Assembly: GCA_050633305.1 (NCBI GenBank) | Contig: JBOEGF010000018.1 | Span: forward strand, 544,001-608,000 | DNA length: 64,000 nucleotides | DNA from: Nannocystales bacterium | GTDB lineage: Bacteria > Myxococcota_A > Polyangia > Nannocystales > Nannocystaceae | Direction: 5' to 3' | In this document: positions 20,366 through 30,764 of the stretch, piece by piece | Layout of the letters: each line of letters opens with the position of its first letter | Position numbering within the stretch: position 1 is the first letter of the stretch | Position numbers and translations under genes: made by a program | The notes under the pieces: model-generated | The model's input: the letters and a program-made list of their open reading frames with translations, nothing else | Told to the model about the DNA's origin: nothing | Database searches by the model: none

Positions 20366-21475
20366 ATGCGGACGATGAACCGAGCGCTTTCGACCCAGGC
20401 ATGGATCCTGCTGGCCTGCTTGGCAGGGTGCGACGGGGAGTCCTCCGGACCTGCAGAAACCGACCCCTCGAGGGGAAACGACGTCTCGTCGAGCCCGGGG
20501 GAGCCTTCCGCGTCGACGGGGACCGCATCGACGACAGGCGGTGGACCCCAAGGGGAAGGGACGTCGAACGCTACGAGGGGCGCCACGTCCAGCCAGAGCG
20601 ACGGTGAGGGCGCGGGACCCGAGACTACGGACGACCCCGGTTCGGGGTTCTGTCCTGCTGGGACACTTCCTCCAGGTCGCTACGATGGTGTGTCGTTGGA
20701 ACATGGCGGGCTGAGTCGGACCTACGACCTCTACATCCCCGAGACCGTCGACGTCACTCAGCCCGCGACGCTGGTGCTGAACTTCCACGGTCTGCTCGGT
20801 AACCCGGCGCAGCAGGCGGTGTTTTCCCTGTACGACGCGGCTGCCGCCGACGCGGGAGTGATCGTGGCGTACCCGGCTGGAACTTCGAACTCTTGGAACT
20901 CCGGCCTGTGCTGCGGAGGTGCACAGAGCTCTGGGATCGACGATGTCGGGTTTGCGCGCACGGTCGTTCAGCACATCGGGCTGGGCTCATGTGTCGACAC
21001 CGCGAAGGTCTTCGCGATCGGGATGTCCAACGGTGGTCACATGGCGCACCGTCTGGCGTGCGAGGCTGCGGATGTTTTTGCAGGGGTTGCTTCCGTTGCG
21101 GGTGTGTTGACGATGCTGGAGTGCAGCCCAGCCCGACCGATCTCGGTGCAGCAGTTCCACGGGACCGCGGACACGATCGTTCGGTATGATGGCGTCGGAC
21201 CCGGCTTCCCGGGCGCTCGCGACACGATGCAGAGTTGGGCCGCCCGCAACGGCTGTGCCCCGGTTCCCAATGTCACCCATCAACAAGGGGACTCGACGTG
21301 CGAGACTTGGACAGCGTGTGACGACGGCGTGGAGGTGACGTTGTGCACGGTGGAGGGCGGTGGGCATTGTTGGCCCGGGAACGCGAGCTGCACCTTCGGG
21401 TCCAGCACCACGGATGTGGCCGCGAACGACGTGTTCGCGCAACTGATGGCGAGTCAGTCTCTCCCCGGAGGCTGA
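20366..21475 (+). CDS. LpqC/PHB-depolymerase family esterase lipoprotein
   Basis: LAGC lipobox; LNFHG, WNSGLCC, GMSNGG nucleophile elbow, HGTAD, GGGHCW. Confidence 0.88.
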   Translation: MRTMNRALSTQAWILLACLAGCDGESSGPAETDPSRGNDVSSSPGEPSASTGTASTTGGGPQGEGTSNATRGATSSQSDGEGAGPETTDDPGSGFCPAGTLPPGRYDGVSLEHGGLSRTYDLYIPETVDVTQPATLVLNFHGLLGNPAQQAVFSLYDAAAADAGVIVAYPAGTSNSWNSGLCCGGAQSSGIDDVGFARTVVQHIGLGSCVDTAKVFAIGMSNGGHMAHRLACEAADVFAGVASVAGVLTMLECSPARPISVQQFHGTADTIVRYDGVGPGFPGARDTMQSWAARNGCAPVPNVTHQQGDSTCETWTACDDGVEVTLCTVEGGGHCWPGNASCTFGSSTTDVAANDVFAQLMASQSLPGG

Positions 21476-21705
21476 CATGCTGTGAGCCTCGGCTCGCGTT
21501 TCGGACCGCCCGGGCATGCCCGGGAGGTCGAGGGCGGAGTGTTGCGGCGCCCGCGGGGGGACAGCCGATTCTCGGCGACGTGGAACTCTCCGGCGATTTC
21601 GACCCGTTTTCGGACGGGTTTGGGGGGGATTGGCTTCACTTTCAGCCCGATGCCGGGGCGTCCCGCTGCGATGATCCTCAGAGATGAGTGCGGGTCCGTG
21701 GGAGG

Positions 21706-21837
21706 ATGAAGGGCGTGGGGAACACCGAGGTCTGCAGGATGTCCGAGCGGCTCGCGCCTGCTGCGGTGATACGTGCCCTGGAGAACAGGCCTCGCTCGGC
21801 CGCGGCTGTCTCGGTGAAGGAGGCTGTGGATGAGTGA
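21706..21837 (+). pseudogene. 43-aa ORF resembling the N-terminus of an H-NOX/heme-NO-binding protein (remnant or mini-protein)
   Basis: GGAGG immediately before ATG; MKGVGNTEVCRMSE fits MKG(I/V)VFTEFLEMVE register; stop overlaps kinase start (ATGAGTGA). Confidence 0.5.
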
Positions 21838-23956
21838 TTCGCCCGACGAGCTGTCGCGATGGAAACGGATCGCTCAAGAAGAGGTCAGCGCACGCAAGGA
21901 GGCTGAGCTGCGTCTGACGCAGAGGACCTCCGAACTCCAAGAGGGGAAGGCCCAGTGGGACCGGGACATGGCGACGCGGACGGCCGAACTCGTTCGCGCG
22001 CGGGACGAGGCGATTGCAGCAGGCCGAGCTCGAACCGACTTCTTGGCCCGGATGAGCCACGAAATTCGCACTCCGATGAACGCGGTCATCGGGATGGCGG
22101 AGCTTCTGTTGATGGAGAAGCTCGACCCGACGGTCAACCAGGGAATCCAGACGATCCGCAGCGCATCGGATGCACTGCTCGAACTGGTCAACGACATCCT
22201 CGACTTCTCCAAGATCGAGGCCGGCGGGCTGTCGCTGTGTCCCGAGGAGTTCAACCTGGGCGAGCAGGTCAGCAGCATCATCGAGCTGATGGCGGTGCCC
22301 GCGAGAAAGCGGGGGCTCGAACTCCGTGTGGACATGGATCCTCGGACGAGCGGCGTGATGTTCGGGGACGAGTCGCGGCTTCGACAGGTGTTGCTCAACC
22401 TGATCGGCAACGCCGTCAAGTTCACCGAGAAGGGGTTTGTCGAGTTGCGGATTGGCGTGGCCGAGGCCCAGGGAGACCGGCTGTGCCTCGAATTCTGCGT
22501 CTCCGATTCGGGGCCAGGAATCCCCAAGGAATCGCACGAGGCGGTGTTCGAGGTCTTCGAGCAAGTCGACGGGTCTTCGACGCGTCGCCATGGCGGGACG
22601 GGGTTGGGGCTCGCCATCTCGCGCCGACTCGTCGACCTCTTTGGCGGGCGGATGTGGGTGCAAAGCGAGGTGGGGCAGGGCGCCGAGTTCTACTTCACCG
22701 TTTGGCTGCGACGGGTTCGCAATGCGACACAGGTACCGATCCCCCCGTGGAGTGTGCTGCTGATGACCCAGGACGCTTCGATCATCGACGCGACGCGCCG
22801 GTTGGTTCGGCCAACAGGGGGAACTGTGCTCGCGGTCGCAGGGGGCCTCGCTGCGGTCTGCCAACTCGCCAACGCGGCCGCGGTCGGCCGTTCGTTCGAC
22901 GTGGTCATGCTCAGTGGTGACAGCGTTGAGGTCGGGACGGTACTTCCGACGATCCGGTCGCTCCCGGAGTTGTCCTCCATACGCACGGTTGGCTTTGGCG
23001 TGCCGGACTCGTCGGACCTGGAGTTGACCCACTCGGTTGCGACGGACATGACCGACGTCGCCGTCGGAGCGGCACTGCGAGCGCTCGCCAACGCCGAGGG
23101 GAAACGCGCCGATGTGCCCCTTCCTGTTGTCGGGACACGGGGCGCGACCATCTTGATTGTTGACGACAACCCCGCCAACCGAGCGATCACGGCCCGGCTG
23201 TTGGAGAAGGTCGGGTATGTCGTGCAGACGGCCCGCGATGGTGGTGAAGCGCTCTCGGCTGCGACGTCGAGCGACTTCGATCTGATCTTCATGGATGTGC
23301 AGATGCCCGGGCTCGATGGAGTCGCGGCGACGGAGCGCATCCGTGGATGGGAGTCCATGCGGGGCCGACCCAAGGTCCCCATCGTAGGTCTCTCCGCGCT
23401 GACCGCCCCCGAGGAACTCGCGCGTTGCCGACTCGCGGGGATGGACGACTTCCTCACCAAGCCCGTTCGCGCGGCGGCGTTGTTCGAGACCGTGCAGCGG
23501 GTCTTGAGCGAGGCGGAGGCCATGGCGTTGGCGGCGGGAGAACCTCAGAGGCCGACCCTGGCCGAGCGACTCGCTTCGGACGAAGTTTCCGAGAAATTTG
23601 GCGACGACGCGGAGTCGGTTCGGCTGTGCCTCGAAGTTTTTCTCGCGTCGAAGCCGGAGTACGTGGAGCAGATTCGTTCAGGGGTCACCGCCGGGGATCC
23701 GGAGGCGCTGCGGCGGGTGGGCCATTCGCTTGCGGGATCGTTCGTAGGGATCCTCAGGCCTCATCTTCTCGAACACGCTCGCGCACTCGAAGGCGAAGCG
23801 CGGGCCACGGCGCGATCCGAAGGCTCGCTGGATGGGGCCATCGAGCTTTCGGAGCGGTTGATAGGGGTTCTCGAAGAGATCGAGCGCGAGGTTCGGATGC
23901 ACATGGAGGCCGGGCAGCCCATCGGCACCCCAGAGGAGCCGCGCCAGGTCACATGA
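21830..23956 (+). CDS. Cytoplasmic hybrid histidine kinase (HisKA-HATPase-REC-Hpt)
   Basis: MSHEIRTPMN, NLIGNAVKFT, GGTGLGL, IVDDN, FMDVQMP, KP; Hpt GHSLAGS. Confidence 0.95.
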   Translation: MSDSPDELSRWKRIAQEEVSARKEAELRLTQRTSELQEGKAQWDRDMATRTAELVRARDEAIAAGRARTDFLARMSHEIRTPMNAVIGMAELLLMEKLDPTVNQGIQTIRSASDALLELVNDILDFSKIEAGGLSLCPEEFNLGEQVSSIIELMAVPARKRGLELRVDMDPRTSGVMFGDESRLRQVLLNLIGNAVKFTEKGFVELRIGVAEAQGDRLCLEFCVSDSGPGIPKESHEAVFEVFEQVDGSSTRRHGGTGLGLAISRRLVDLFGGRMWVQSEVGQGAEFYFTVWLRRVRNATQVPIPPWSVLLMTQDASIIDATRRLVRPTGGTVLAVAGGLAAVCQLANAAAVGRSFDVVMLSGDSVEVGTVLPTIRSLPELSSIRTVGFGVPDSSDLELTHSVATDMTDVAVGAALRALANAEGKRADVPLPVVGTRGATILIVDDNPANRAITARLLEKVGYVVQTARDGGEALSAATSSDFDLIFMDVQMPGLDGVAATERIRGWESMRGRPKVPIVGLSALTAPEELARCRLAGMDDFLTKPVRAAALFETVQRVLSEAEAMALAAGEPQRPTLAERLASDEVSEKFGDDAESVRLCLEVFLASKPEYVEQIRSGVTAGDPEALRRVGHSLAGSFVGILRPHLLEHARALEGEARATARSEGSLDGAIELSERLIGVLEEIEREVRMHMEAGQPIGTPEEPRQVT

Positions 23957-24030
23957 GGGCGTCAGCGGCTTGACCCATCGGTGTTGCGCGAACCTCGCTC
24001 GGTCCGGATAATCCGCCGTTCCGAGGATCT

Positions 24031-25608
24031 GTGAGCAGCACCAGCCCTGTAACGAAAAGTGGACACCCCAAGGGCCTGTACGTGCTCTTCGGGGCCGAGA
24101 TGTTCGAGCGCCTTTGCTACTACGGCATGCGAGCGCTGCTGGTCCTGTACCTGACCAAGTCGCTGCTCAAGGGCGACCTCGAAGCGTTTGGCATTTACGG
24201 TGCTTACACGGCGTTGGTGTACGCGGCTCCGGTCGCGGGCGGAAAAATCGCGGACAGCATCCTCGGCTACAGGCGCGCGGTGATCCTCGGCGGCCTCATG
24301 ATGGCGGTCGGGGAGTTCATGATCCTCGGCGGCAACGAGTTCTTCTTGTTTGCTGGGATGGCCGTGATCATCATCGGCAACGGGTACTTCAAGGCCAATA
24401 TCTCGACGATCGTGGGTCGCCTCTACGAAGATGGCGACCCTCGTCGAGACTCGGGCTTCACCATCTTCTACATGGGCATCAACCTCGGTGCCTTCCTCGC
24501 CACAGCGCCGCTGTTTGGCGTGGGTCCGCTCGGCGAGCGCTTCGGCTTCACGATCGGCTTCGGCATCGCCGGAGTCGGCATGCTCATCGGCGTCGCGGTG
24601 TTCATCTTGGGCTCGAAGCACTTCGAGGGGACGGGCGACATTCCGGACAAGGAGCGCTACCGCAAGTGGGCGATGCCGACGTACATCGGCTCGATTGCTG
24701 CGGCCCCGGTCCTGTTCATGCTGCTTCGGTACGGCCAAGCGGTCGTTGGCTATGCGCTGGGCGCCATCTTGGTGTTCGTGGTTGCATCCCTGCTGCGTGA
24801 GGCGTTCAAGTCGTCGAAGGAACAGCGCGACCGGATCTTGGTCTTGCTGGTCCTCATGGTCTTCAACGTGACGTTCTGGGCCTGTTTCGAGCAGGCTGGA
24901 AGCTCGCTGACGTTGTTTGCCGACCGAAACGTGGACCGGAACTTCCTCGGTCTGTTCGAGTTCAGCGCTTCGGGAACGCAGTCCTTCAACCCGATCTTCA
25001 TCTTGCTGCTGGGCTCGGTGTTCACGTGGATGTGGGTTGCGCTCGATCGCCGGGGACTCAACCCCAACATCCCGATGAAGTTCGGATTGGGGATTCTGCA
25101 GCTGGGTGTCGGCTACCTGCTGGTCCTCGTCGGTAGCTCGATGGCCGGCGATGCTTCGCTCGTCCCGATCTACATCCTCATGTTCATGTACATGCTGCAC
25201 ACGATGGGAGAGCTGTTCCTCTCGCCGATCGGGCTCAGCATGGTCACGAAGCTTGCGCCCAAGCACATGACTGGCTCGGTCATGGGGGCCTGGTTCCTCA
25301 GTTTCGCGTTCTCGAACTACCTCGCGGCCGCGTTGGCCAAGCTGACGGGCGGCGAGGAAGGCGGCGGCGGACCGATCGAGTCCATCGTTGGCCTTGCCGA
25401 CCGGCACATCAACCCGCCGGGACCCGTGCAGTCGATCGTCGAGAGCGCAGACAAGATTCTCACCCCGGACTTCCTCGAGAAGGCCGCCGAGAGCCTCACC
25501 ACTTACACCGACGCGTATTCCACGATGGGCTACGTCACCGTCGGCATCGGCGTCTTGTTGGTCGCCCTATCCTCACCACTCAACAAGATGATGCACGGCG
25601 TGAAGTGA
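24031..25608 (+). CDS. POT/PTR family proton-dependent oligopeptide transporter
   Basis: GHPKGL, EMFERLCYYGMR (ExxER), FYMGINLG, ELFLSPIGLS. Confidence 0.95.
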   Translation: MSSTSPVTKSGHPKGLYVLFGAEMFERLCYYGMRALLVLYLTKSLLKGDLEAFGIYGAYTALVYAAPVAGGKIADSILGYRRAVILGGLMMAVGEFMILGGNEFFLFAGMAVIIIGNGYFKANISTIVGRLYEDGDPRRDSGFTIFYMGINLGAFLATAPLFGVGPLGERFGFTIGFGIAGVGMLIGVAVFILGSKHFEGTGDIPDKERYRKWAMPTYIGSIAAAPVLFMLLRYGQAVVGYALGAILVFVVASLLREAFKSSKEQRDRILVLLVLMVFNVTFWACFEQAGSSLTLFADRNVDRNFLGLFEFSASGTQSFNPIFILLLGSVFTWMWVALDRRGLNPNIPMKFGLGILQLGVGYLLVLVGSSMAGDASLVPIYILMFMYMLHTMGELFLSPIGLSMVTKLAPKHMTGSVMGAWFLSFAFSNYLAAALAKLTGGEEGGGGPIESIVGLADRHINPPGPVQSIVESADKILTPDFLEKAAESLTTYTDAYSTMGYVTVGIGVLLVALSSPLNKMMHGVK

Positions 25609-25640
25609 GCCGGCCCGAGCACCCTCAAGGAAACAGAATT

Positions 25641-25910
25641 ATGAAGAACGCGACTCTCATCCTCGGCCTGTGCACGCTCGTTCTCGGTTGCGACAGCAAC
25701 CCCAAATGCGACGAACTCGCCGAACACGTGACGAAGGTACTCGCTGCGGAAAAGGGCGAGGAAATCCCCGACGAGGCCAAGGACAAGGCCAAGAAGGACA
25801 TCGTGGGCGCGTGCAACTCCGAAGCACCGCCAGCTGAAGCGCTCGACTGCGCGCTCAAGGCCGAGACCAAGGCGGCCCTCGTCGCTTGCGACGAACTCGT
25901 CAAGGAGTAG
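25641..25910 (+). CDS. Small Cys-containing helical lipoprotein
   Basis: MKNATLILGLCTLVLGC lipobox; four further Cys. Confidence 0.75.
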   Translation: MKNATLILGLCTLVLGCDSNPKCDELAEHVTKVLAAEKGEEIPDEAKDKAKKDIVGACNSEAPPAEALDCALKAETKAALVACDELVKE

Positions 25911-25919
25911 CAGCGCCCT

Positions 25920-26369
25920 TCACCCGTCTCTCGACGGGGGTGGCTCTGAGGACGTTTGGCGGACGGCCGCCTCGTCCCCGGGCCACTGCGGATGCTGCGG
26001 CAAGGCGTCCGTGATCTCGTGCCACGGGGACTTGGAGTCCACGAAAATGTGAGCCTGCGGTGTGCTGCCTGGGTGTTGGTCGAGTCCTCCCAGCGGGAGG
26101 CCGACCACGGTGGGTCGGTTCGCGTAGGTGCTGATGAGGTTGGAGCCGCACGTCCCGCAGAAGTGTTTGGTGACGTTGCCTTGTTTGTAGCCACGCACGC
26201 TGCCCTCACCCCGAACCCAGCGGAACTGATGCGCGGCTACGGATGCTCGGGTGCGGAACGCACTTCCGTGCCACCGTCGACACTTTGAGCAGTGGCAGTT
26301 GAAGATGGGTCCGAGTTCTCCGGCGACCTCGTAGGCGACCGCTTCACACAAACACCGACCGGTGAGCAT
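25920..26369 (-). CDS. GFA/CENP-V family protein
   Basis: CLC, CHCSKCRR, FCGTCGS, HIFVDSKSPW. Confidence 0.9.
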   Translation of the reverse strand: MLTGRCLCEAVAYEVAGELGPIFNCHCSKCRRWHGSAFRTRASVAAHQFRWVRGEGSVRGYKQGNVTKHFCGTCGSNLISTYANRPTVVGLPLGGLDQHPGSTPQAHIFVDSKSPWHEITDALPQHPQWPGDEAAVRQTSSEPPPSRDG

Positions 26370-26460
26370 GGCGGATTCTCGCAGCTGGGCTGCGATGCGG
26401 CAATCGTGTCCGGGTGGCGCGCTGGGCGGGAGGTGTCTTGTTCGTTACCCTCCGCGTTCG

Positions 26461-27297
26461 GTGGGCACGGGCGAAGTCGAGGAGTACTACGAGGCCAATA
26501 CGAAGCGTTTCCTTCGCTTTGGCCAAGGGGGCACTGTCGGCGCAATTCATCGCGCCGTGTGGGGCCCGGGCGTTCGAACACGAGCCGGGGCGTTTCACTA
26601 CGTTCATGAGCGCTTGCTCGAACGGATGCAGCCGCAGACGCGACGGGTTCTCGATCTTGGATGCGGCGTCGGGGCCTCGCTCGAGTACCTGGCGCAGCAG
26701 CGAGACTTCACAGGGGTGGGGGTCACGATCAGCGAGTCTCAGGTGCAGTTGGCGAACGAGCGGTTCGCCCGGGCGGGTCTCTCCAAGCGCCTTCAGTGTG
26801 TGCAGGCCGACTTCACCAAGCTCCCGGCCGAGCTGGAACCCGTGGACGTTGCGTTTGGCATCGAGTCGTTCGTGCACGCGCCGCAGCCCCGGCCGTTCTT
26901 CGCGGAGGCAGCCCGAGTCGTTCGCTCCGGGGGCGTGTTGGCGCTTTGCGACGACTTCGCGTCACAACGGGTTGAACAAGGGCAACTCTCGACGCGGGAA
27001 GCCCGTTGGGTCCGCGAGTTCCGGAAGGGTTGGAACGTCGGGTCGCTGCTCTCTCCGTCGACCGCCGTAGCCCTCGCCGGGGAACACGGCTTCGACCTCG
27101 TGCAGGACGACGACCTGACTGCGGACGTCGAACTGCGGCGGCCTCGTGATCGAGCCATCACGGCGCTGGTCCGGCTGGGCCGTCACATCCCGACGCGCAA
27201 CCCGTGGTGGCTCAACATGCTGGGCGGAAATGCCCTGCAGATGGCGTTGCAGCGGCGGTTGTTTACGTATCGGTTGCTCGTATGGACGAAGCGGTGA
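26461..27297 (+). CDS. Class I SAM methyltransferase (sterol/tocopherol MT-like)
   Basis: YY..N..., IHRAVW, VLDLGCGVG, GVTIS..Q, IESFVH; start uncertain. Confidence 0.85.
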   Translation: MGTGEVEEYYEANTKRFLRFGQGGTVGAIHRAVWGPGVRTRAGAFHYVHERLLERMQPQTRRVLDLGCGVGASLEYLAQQRDFTGVGVTISESQVQLANERFARAGLSKRLQCVQADFTKLPAELEPVDVAFGIESFVHAPQPRPFFAEAARVVRSGGVLALCDDFASQRVEQGQLSTREARWVREFRKGWNVGSLLSPSTAVALAGEHGFDLVQDDDLTADVELRRPRDRAITALVRLGRHIPTRNPWWLNMLGGNALQMALQRRLFTYRLLVWTKR

Positions 27298-27307
27298 GCG
27301 CCGAGGC

Positions 27308-28198
27308 TCAGCCTCCGCGGCGGACCGCAAAGTCCAGCTGGTGCGCGATGTAGACCAGCTCTCCGGACTCGACCTGGGCGTGGCGAAGCTCGCCCCAACC
27401 ACGAACCGAATCCCCCAGCTGGGGATGTGCGCGAAGCTCTTGCTCGACCGTGTGGATGATGTGGTGGGCAAAGTAGGCTTCGTCAGCCTCGTAACCCTCC
27501 GCGTCGCCGAACACGACCCAGTCGGAACTCCCCGCGCGCAGGATGGAGCCACCCGAGGCACGAATGTGGCCAAACAGCTCCCGTCCCGCCGTTGACGATC
27601 CGGCGGGTTGTCCGTCTCGAACCCGCTCGTCCATGCTGAGGTGGTAGGCGTCCATCAGCGGACGGTCGGCGGGGTCCTTGGGAAGGAAGATCGTCTCGCC
27701 GTCGAAGTTGATCGTCGGCCAGAACACGCCCTTCGGCGCCAACCGCTGCAACAAGCGGGGTAGCACTGCCTTCACATCCACCAGATCGAGGACCGCGTGC
27801 GCGATGATGAGGTCGAACGTCTCGTCCCCTTGTGTAAGCCAGTCCTCGAGGGGTGCGTGTCGGGTCGTCACGTCGAAGGAGACGGCCGCCGCAGCCGCAG
27901 GGGAGGTTGTGTGGCGTGTCAGGCCCTGCCTCCATTGTGGAGCGAGGCTCTGCGCTTCTTCGAGGAACTCGGCCTCGGTGTCGACGATGACGTAGTCCGC
28001 ACGCGAGATACGCTTCGTTTCGATGAGGCGGTCCACCATCGTCCCAACGCCGCCGCCCAGCTCGGCGATTTGGGCCGGGCGATCGCTGGGTAGGCCCGCG
28101 AGGACGGTCTCCATGACATCGCGGTTCAGCGCCCGGTCGTCGACCGTTCGCTTGGCACGGAGGTATCGCGGGTAGGTGTATTGCTCTGGGACAGGCAT
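27308..28198 (-). CDS. Class I SAM methyltransferase
   Basis: YLRAKRTVDDRALN, ELGGGVG, FDLIIAHAVLDL, GSSDW, HQLD. Confidence 0.85.
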   Translation of the reverse strand: MPVPEQYTYPRYLRAKRTVDDRALNRDVMETVLAGLPSDRPAQIAELGGGVGTMVDRLIETKRISRADYVIVDTEAEFLEEAQSLAPQWRQGLTRHTTSPAAAAAVSFDVTTRHAPLEDWLTQGDETFDLIIAHAVLDLVDVKAVLPRLLQRLAPKGVFWPTINFDGETIFLPKDPADRPLMDAYHLSMDERVRDGQPAGSSTAGRELFGHIRASGGSILRAGSSDWVVFGDAEGYEADEAYFAHHIIHTVEQELRAHPQLGDSVRGWGELRHAQVESGELVYIAHQLDFAVRRGG

Positions 28199-28221
28199 CG
28201 CGGGGTCGGGGCGCCGTTGGA

Positions 28222-29883
28222 CTACTCGTACAGGGACGTGAGCGGGACGTTGTCGAGCTCGAGCACTGTGCTGGGCGCGGTTGTGCCGTACCGATTCCAT
28301 GCGTCCACCTCGTGCGTGGTCATGTGGAGCTCGTAGAACAACAACGCAGCATCAGCGCGAGACAGGGGCGCCGGTTCGAGCCCCTGCGGCCATCGGTCTT
28401 CTCGAGCGTACTGCCGACGGGCGAGCTCGTGGAGGTCGTGCAGGTGGAGCTGGCCGGGTTGCTCGGGCAGGACCCCACCGACAGCGTGGCCCCAGAAGCC
28501 GCGGTTGAGTCCGAGACGAGCCGCACCTCGGGGTCCGCCAACGAGAGGGGCGTACTGCGACAGGCCCAGGGTCGGCGCATCTCGAATCCCGATCGCCCCC
28601 GGAGCGAGCAGCAACCCCAACAACACCGGCTGCATCCACCGACGCCTGGCGGTGGGGACTTCGGCCAGCCGCCACAGACGGGACCAAGCCTCGACGCACA
28701 GCAACGCCAAGAACGGGTAGGCGGTGATCCAGTGCTTTGTACCGCCGAAGATCGGGGTCGAGGGCAGGCTGATCAGGACGATGGGAAACGTGGCAAACAA
28801 GCCGTACAGCAACGAGTCGCGGCTTGGCAACGCCTCGGGGCGTGGGTGCCAGAAGCTGGTGGGAACCTCGGCGAGCACGGGCGCGTGCGCATCGACGCGG
28901 GCCTGCAGCACCAGCCCGAGCAAGCCCAGCACCAGAAGCACCGCCGGGACGGTCGCGATGGTCATCACCCATGGGTAGCTCGAGGGCATCGGGGGCTGGT
29001 TGTGGTTCAGCCCGAGGAACTCCATGTTGTACCAGCTGTGCTGGCTGTGAAAGGTGACGTACTCCTGCAGGCGCGTCGCTGGGTCGGCCCACATCCATGG
29101 CCAGCACGCCCAGGCGACGAGCGGGGCGAGGACCATCATGCTGAGGAGCGGCAGCGGGAGCCAGGTGCTCTTCGGGGCAACTCTCCCGTGTCGTAGGCGG
29201 TCGAGCGTGAGCTGCAGCGTGTGGTGCAGCGCGAGGAGAGGCCCCACGAACAGCGCATTGTGTTTGACGGCGATCGCGATGCCCAACAGGACCCCCGTGG
29301 CGAGGCTCCAACCGACCGAACTCTGGGCTCGGCGGTACGCCAAGACGACGGCCAAGATCATCGCTGCAACCGGGACGTCGAACGCGTGAAGGCCAGCGTT
29401 GAACCAGACCCGCGGGAGCAGGATGAACGCGCCGCTGGCCAGAAGCCCGGCCAGGACGCCCGCCCGTCGAAAACCGGCGAGGAACAGAAGCGCTGCTCCG
29501 AGGCCGGCCATGGCCTGCGCGGGCAACCGCATCGCGGCGCCTTCGGGCATAGAGCCCTTGCGGGCTGGCGAGCCGTTCTTGGCGGGCGCGGAGCCCAGCC
29601 ATCGCGCCGAGACCCCGCCGAGGGTCTTCATCAAGGCGGGGTGCTCGTGATTGGGTGCGAAGTGGCGGTCGCGAACCTTTCGCTTCATCGCCTGACTCGG
29701 CTCGCTCAGGAGCCGGTCGACCCACGCGGCGTAGCTACGACTGGCCTGAAAGTAGATGCCCTCGTCGCGGACGTATCCGGTGCCTCGATGCGTGGTGGAG
29801 AGGGCACCGGTCACGAGGACGGCGATCAGCAACGCTCCGAGCCAGGGGCCCAATCGGCGGACCCACGCGGGGACATCGGTCAC
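28222..29883 (-). CDS. GT-C fold (ArnT/PMT-like) membrane glycosyltransferase
   Basis: RDEGIY after TM1, EHPALMK, AVKHN; many TM helices. Confidence 0.8.
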   Translation of the reverse strand: MTDVPAWVRRLGPWLGALLIAVLVTGALSTTHRGTGYVRDEGIYFQASRSYAAWVDRLLSEPSQAMKRKVRDRHFAPNHEHPALMKTLGGVSARWLGSAPAKNGSPARKGSMPEGAAMRLPAQAMAGLGAALLFLAGFRRAGVLAGLLASGAFILLPRVWFNAGLHAFDVPVAAMILAVVLAYRRAQSSVGWSLATGVLLGIAIAVKHNALFVGPLLALHHTLQLTLDRLRHGRVAPKSTWLPLPLLSMMVLAPLVAWACWPWMWADPATRLQEYVTFHSQHSWYNMEFLGLNHNQPPMPSSYPWVMTIATVPAVLLVLGLLGLVLQARVDAHAPVLAEVPTSFWHPRPEALPSRDSLLYGLFATFPIVLISLPSTPIFGGTKHWITAYPFLALLCVEAWSRLWRLAEVPTARRRWMQPVLLGLLLAPGAIGIRDAPTLGLSQYAPLVGGPRGAARLGLNRGFWGHAVGGVLPEQPGQLHLHDLHELARRQYAREDRWPQGLEPAPLSRADAALLFYELHMTTHEVDAWNRYGTTAPSTVLELDNVPLTSLYE

Positions 29884-30764
29884 GAGCCACCCCCGAGCAC
29901 CCGAAGCTCAAAGCAGACCTTGCGGCGGCCTCCGGGATTGTGACCCTCGCGTCCCCAGGTGCCTCGCACGGTATCGGTCAGCTCCACGCGCACGTCATGC
30001 TCGCCTGGCTCCGTCTTGACGGAGAACGGTCGCCAGCCTTGGGCGTCGGTCACCACGAACTGACCGACGGGGACATCATCGATGAACGTCCGGACCCGAA
30101 TCGGGGCATCGCTGCGCAGGCGGCTGTTGAAGTCGGTCACACCGATGTGACCACGCAGGGAGGTCCCCAGGGCCAGCTTATCCTCGAATGTGAGTGGTGT
30201 GTTGTCGCTGAGCGCGAACTGAAAACACCGGCGTGGGCGGTAGTTGACCTCCGCGAATCCCACACTGACCGCGCCCTCTTTGCAGGCCCAGGAGGCCCCT
30301 TTTTTTCGACAGTTGCCCGTGGGCGTGGAGAGCTTGGGAGGGGCGGAGATCCAGCTGCGCAGGGTCGTGGGCGCATCGTCGAAACGGTAGCGACCGACCT
30401 CGAAGGGACCGAGATTCTCCAGCGAGAGCCGTGGCGGACGTCGTCGGCCTTCGAGTTCCTGGTCCAGTGCGTCGGACCAAGGCTCTCCCAGACCGATGAC
30501 GGTCAGCGTCTCGATGCCGTGAAGATCGGGCGCCGCGGCAGAGCGAGGAGCAGCGAGGGCAGGGAGCTCCATGCGGGCGCGAGGCCCGAGCCAGGTCGTG
30601 GCAAGCATGACGGCATCCGCGTCGTCCTGCGCGACGGCGTCCGCGAGTGCGTCCCAGTCCGCGTCCTCGATGGCGTCCCGGTACGAAAGCCCACCCAAGA
30701 CCAACTCGGCGGCCGCAATGGCTGCGAGTCCACCCAGGGTCCAGCGGGCCCAGCTCTTGCTCAT
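29880..30764 (-). CDS. Hypothetical membrane-anchored periplasmic protein
   Basis: N-terminal TM; beta-rich C-terminus; 4-bp overlaps with both neighbours. Confidence 0.7.
   Translation of the reverse strand: MSKSWARWTLGGLAAIAAAELVLGGLSYRDAIEDADWDALADAVAQDDADAVMLATTWLGPRARMELPALAAPRSAAAPDLHGIETLTVIGLGEPWSDALDQELEGRRRPPRLSLENLGPFEVGRYRFDDAPTTLRSWISAPPKLSTPTGNCRKKGASWACKEGAVSVGFAEVNYRPRRCFQFALSDNTPLTFEDKLALGTSLRGHIGVTDFNSRLRSDAPIRVRTFIDDVPVGQFVVTDAQGWRPFSVKTEPGEHDVRVELTDTVRGTWGREGHNPGGRRKVCFELRVLGGGS

Noticed and set aside
20987..23032. Long antisense ORFs (also 23962-25407, 29655-31847, 49908-51881 and others)
   Set aside because: Shadow frames of well-supported genes, expected at high GC3; no motifs
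25920..26369. GFA protein as part of the frmA formaldehyde pathway
   Set aside because: 6 kb away on the opposite strand; looks like a generic GFA/CENP-V paralog
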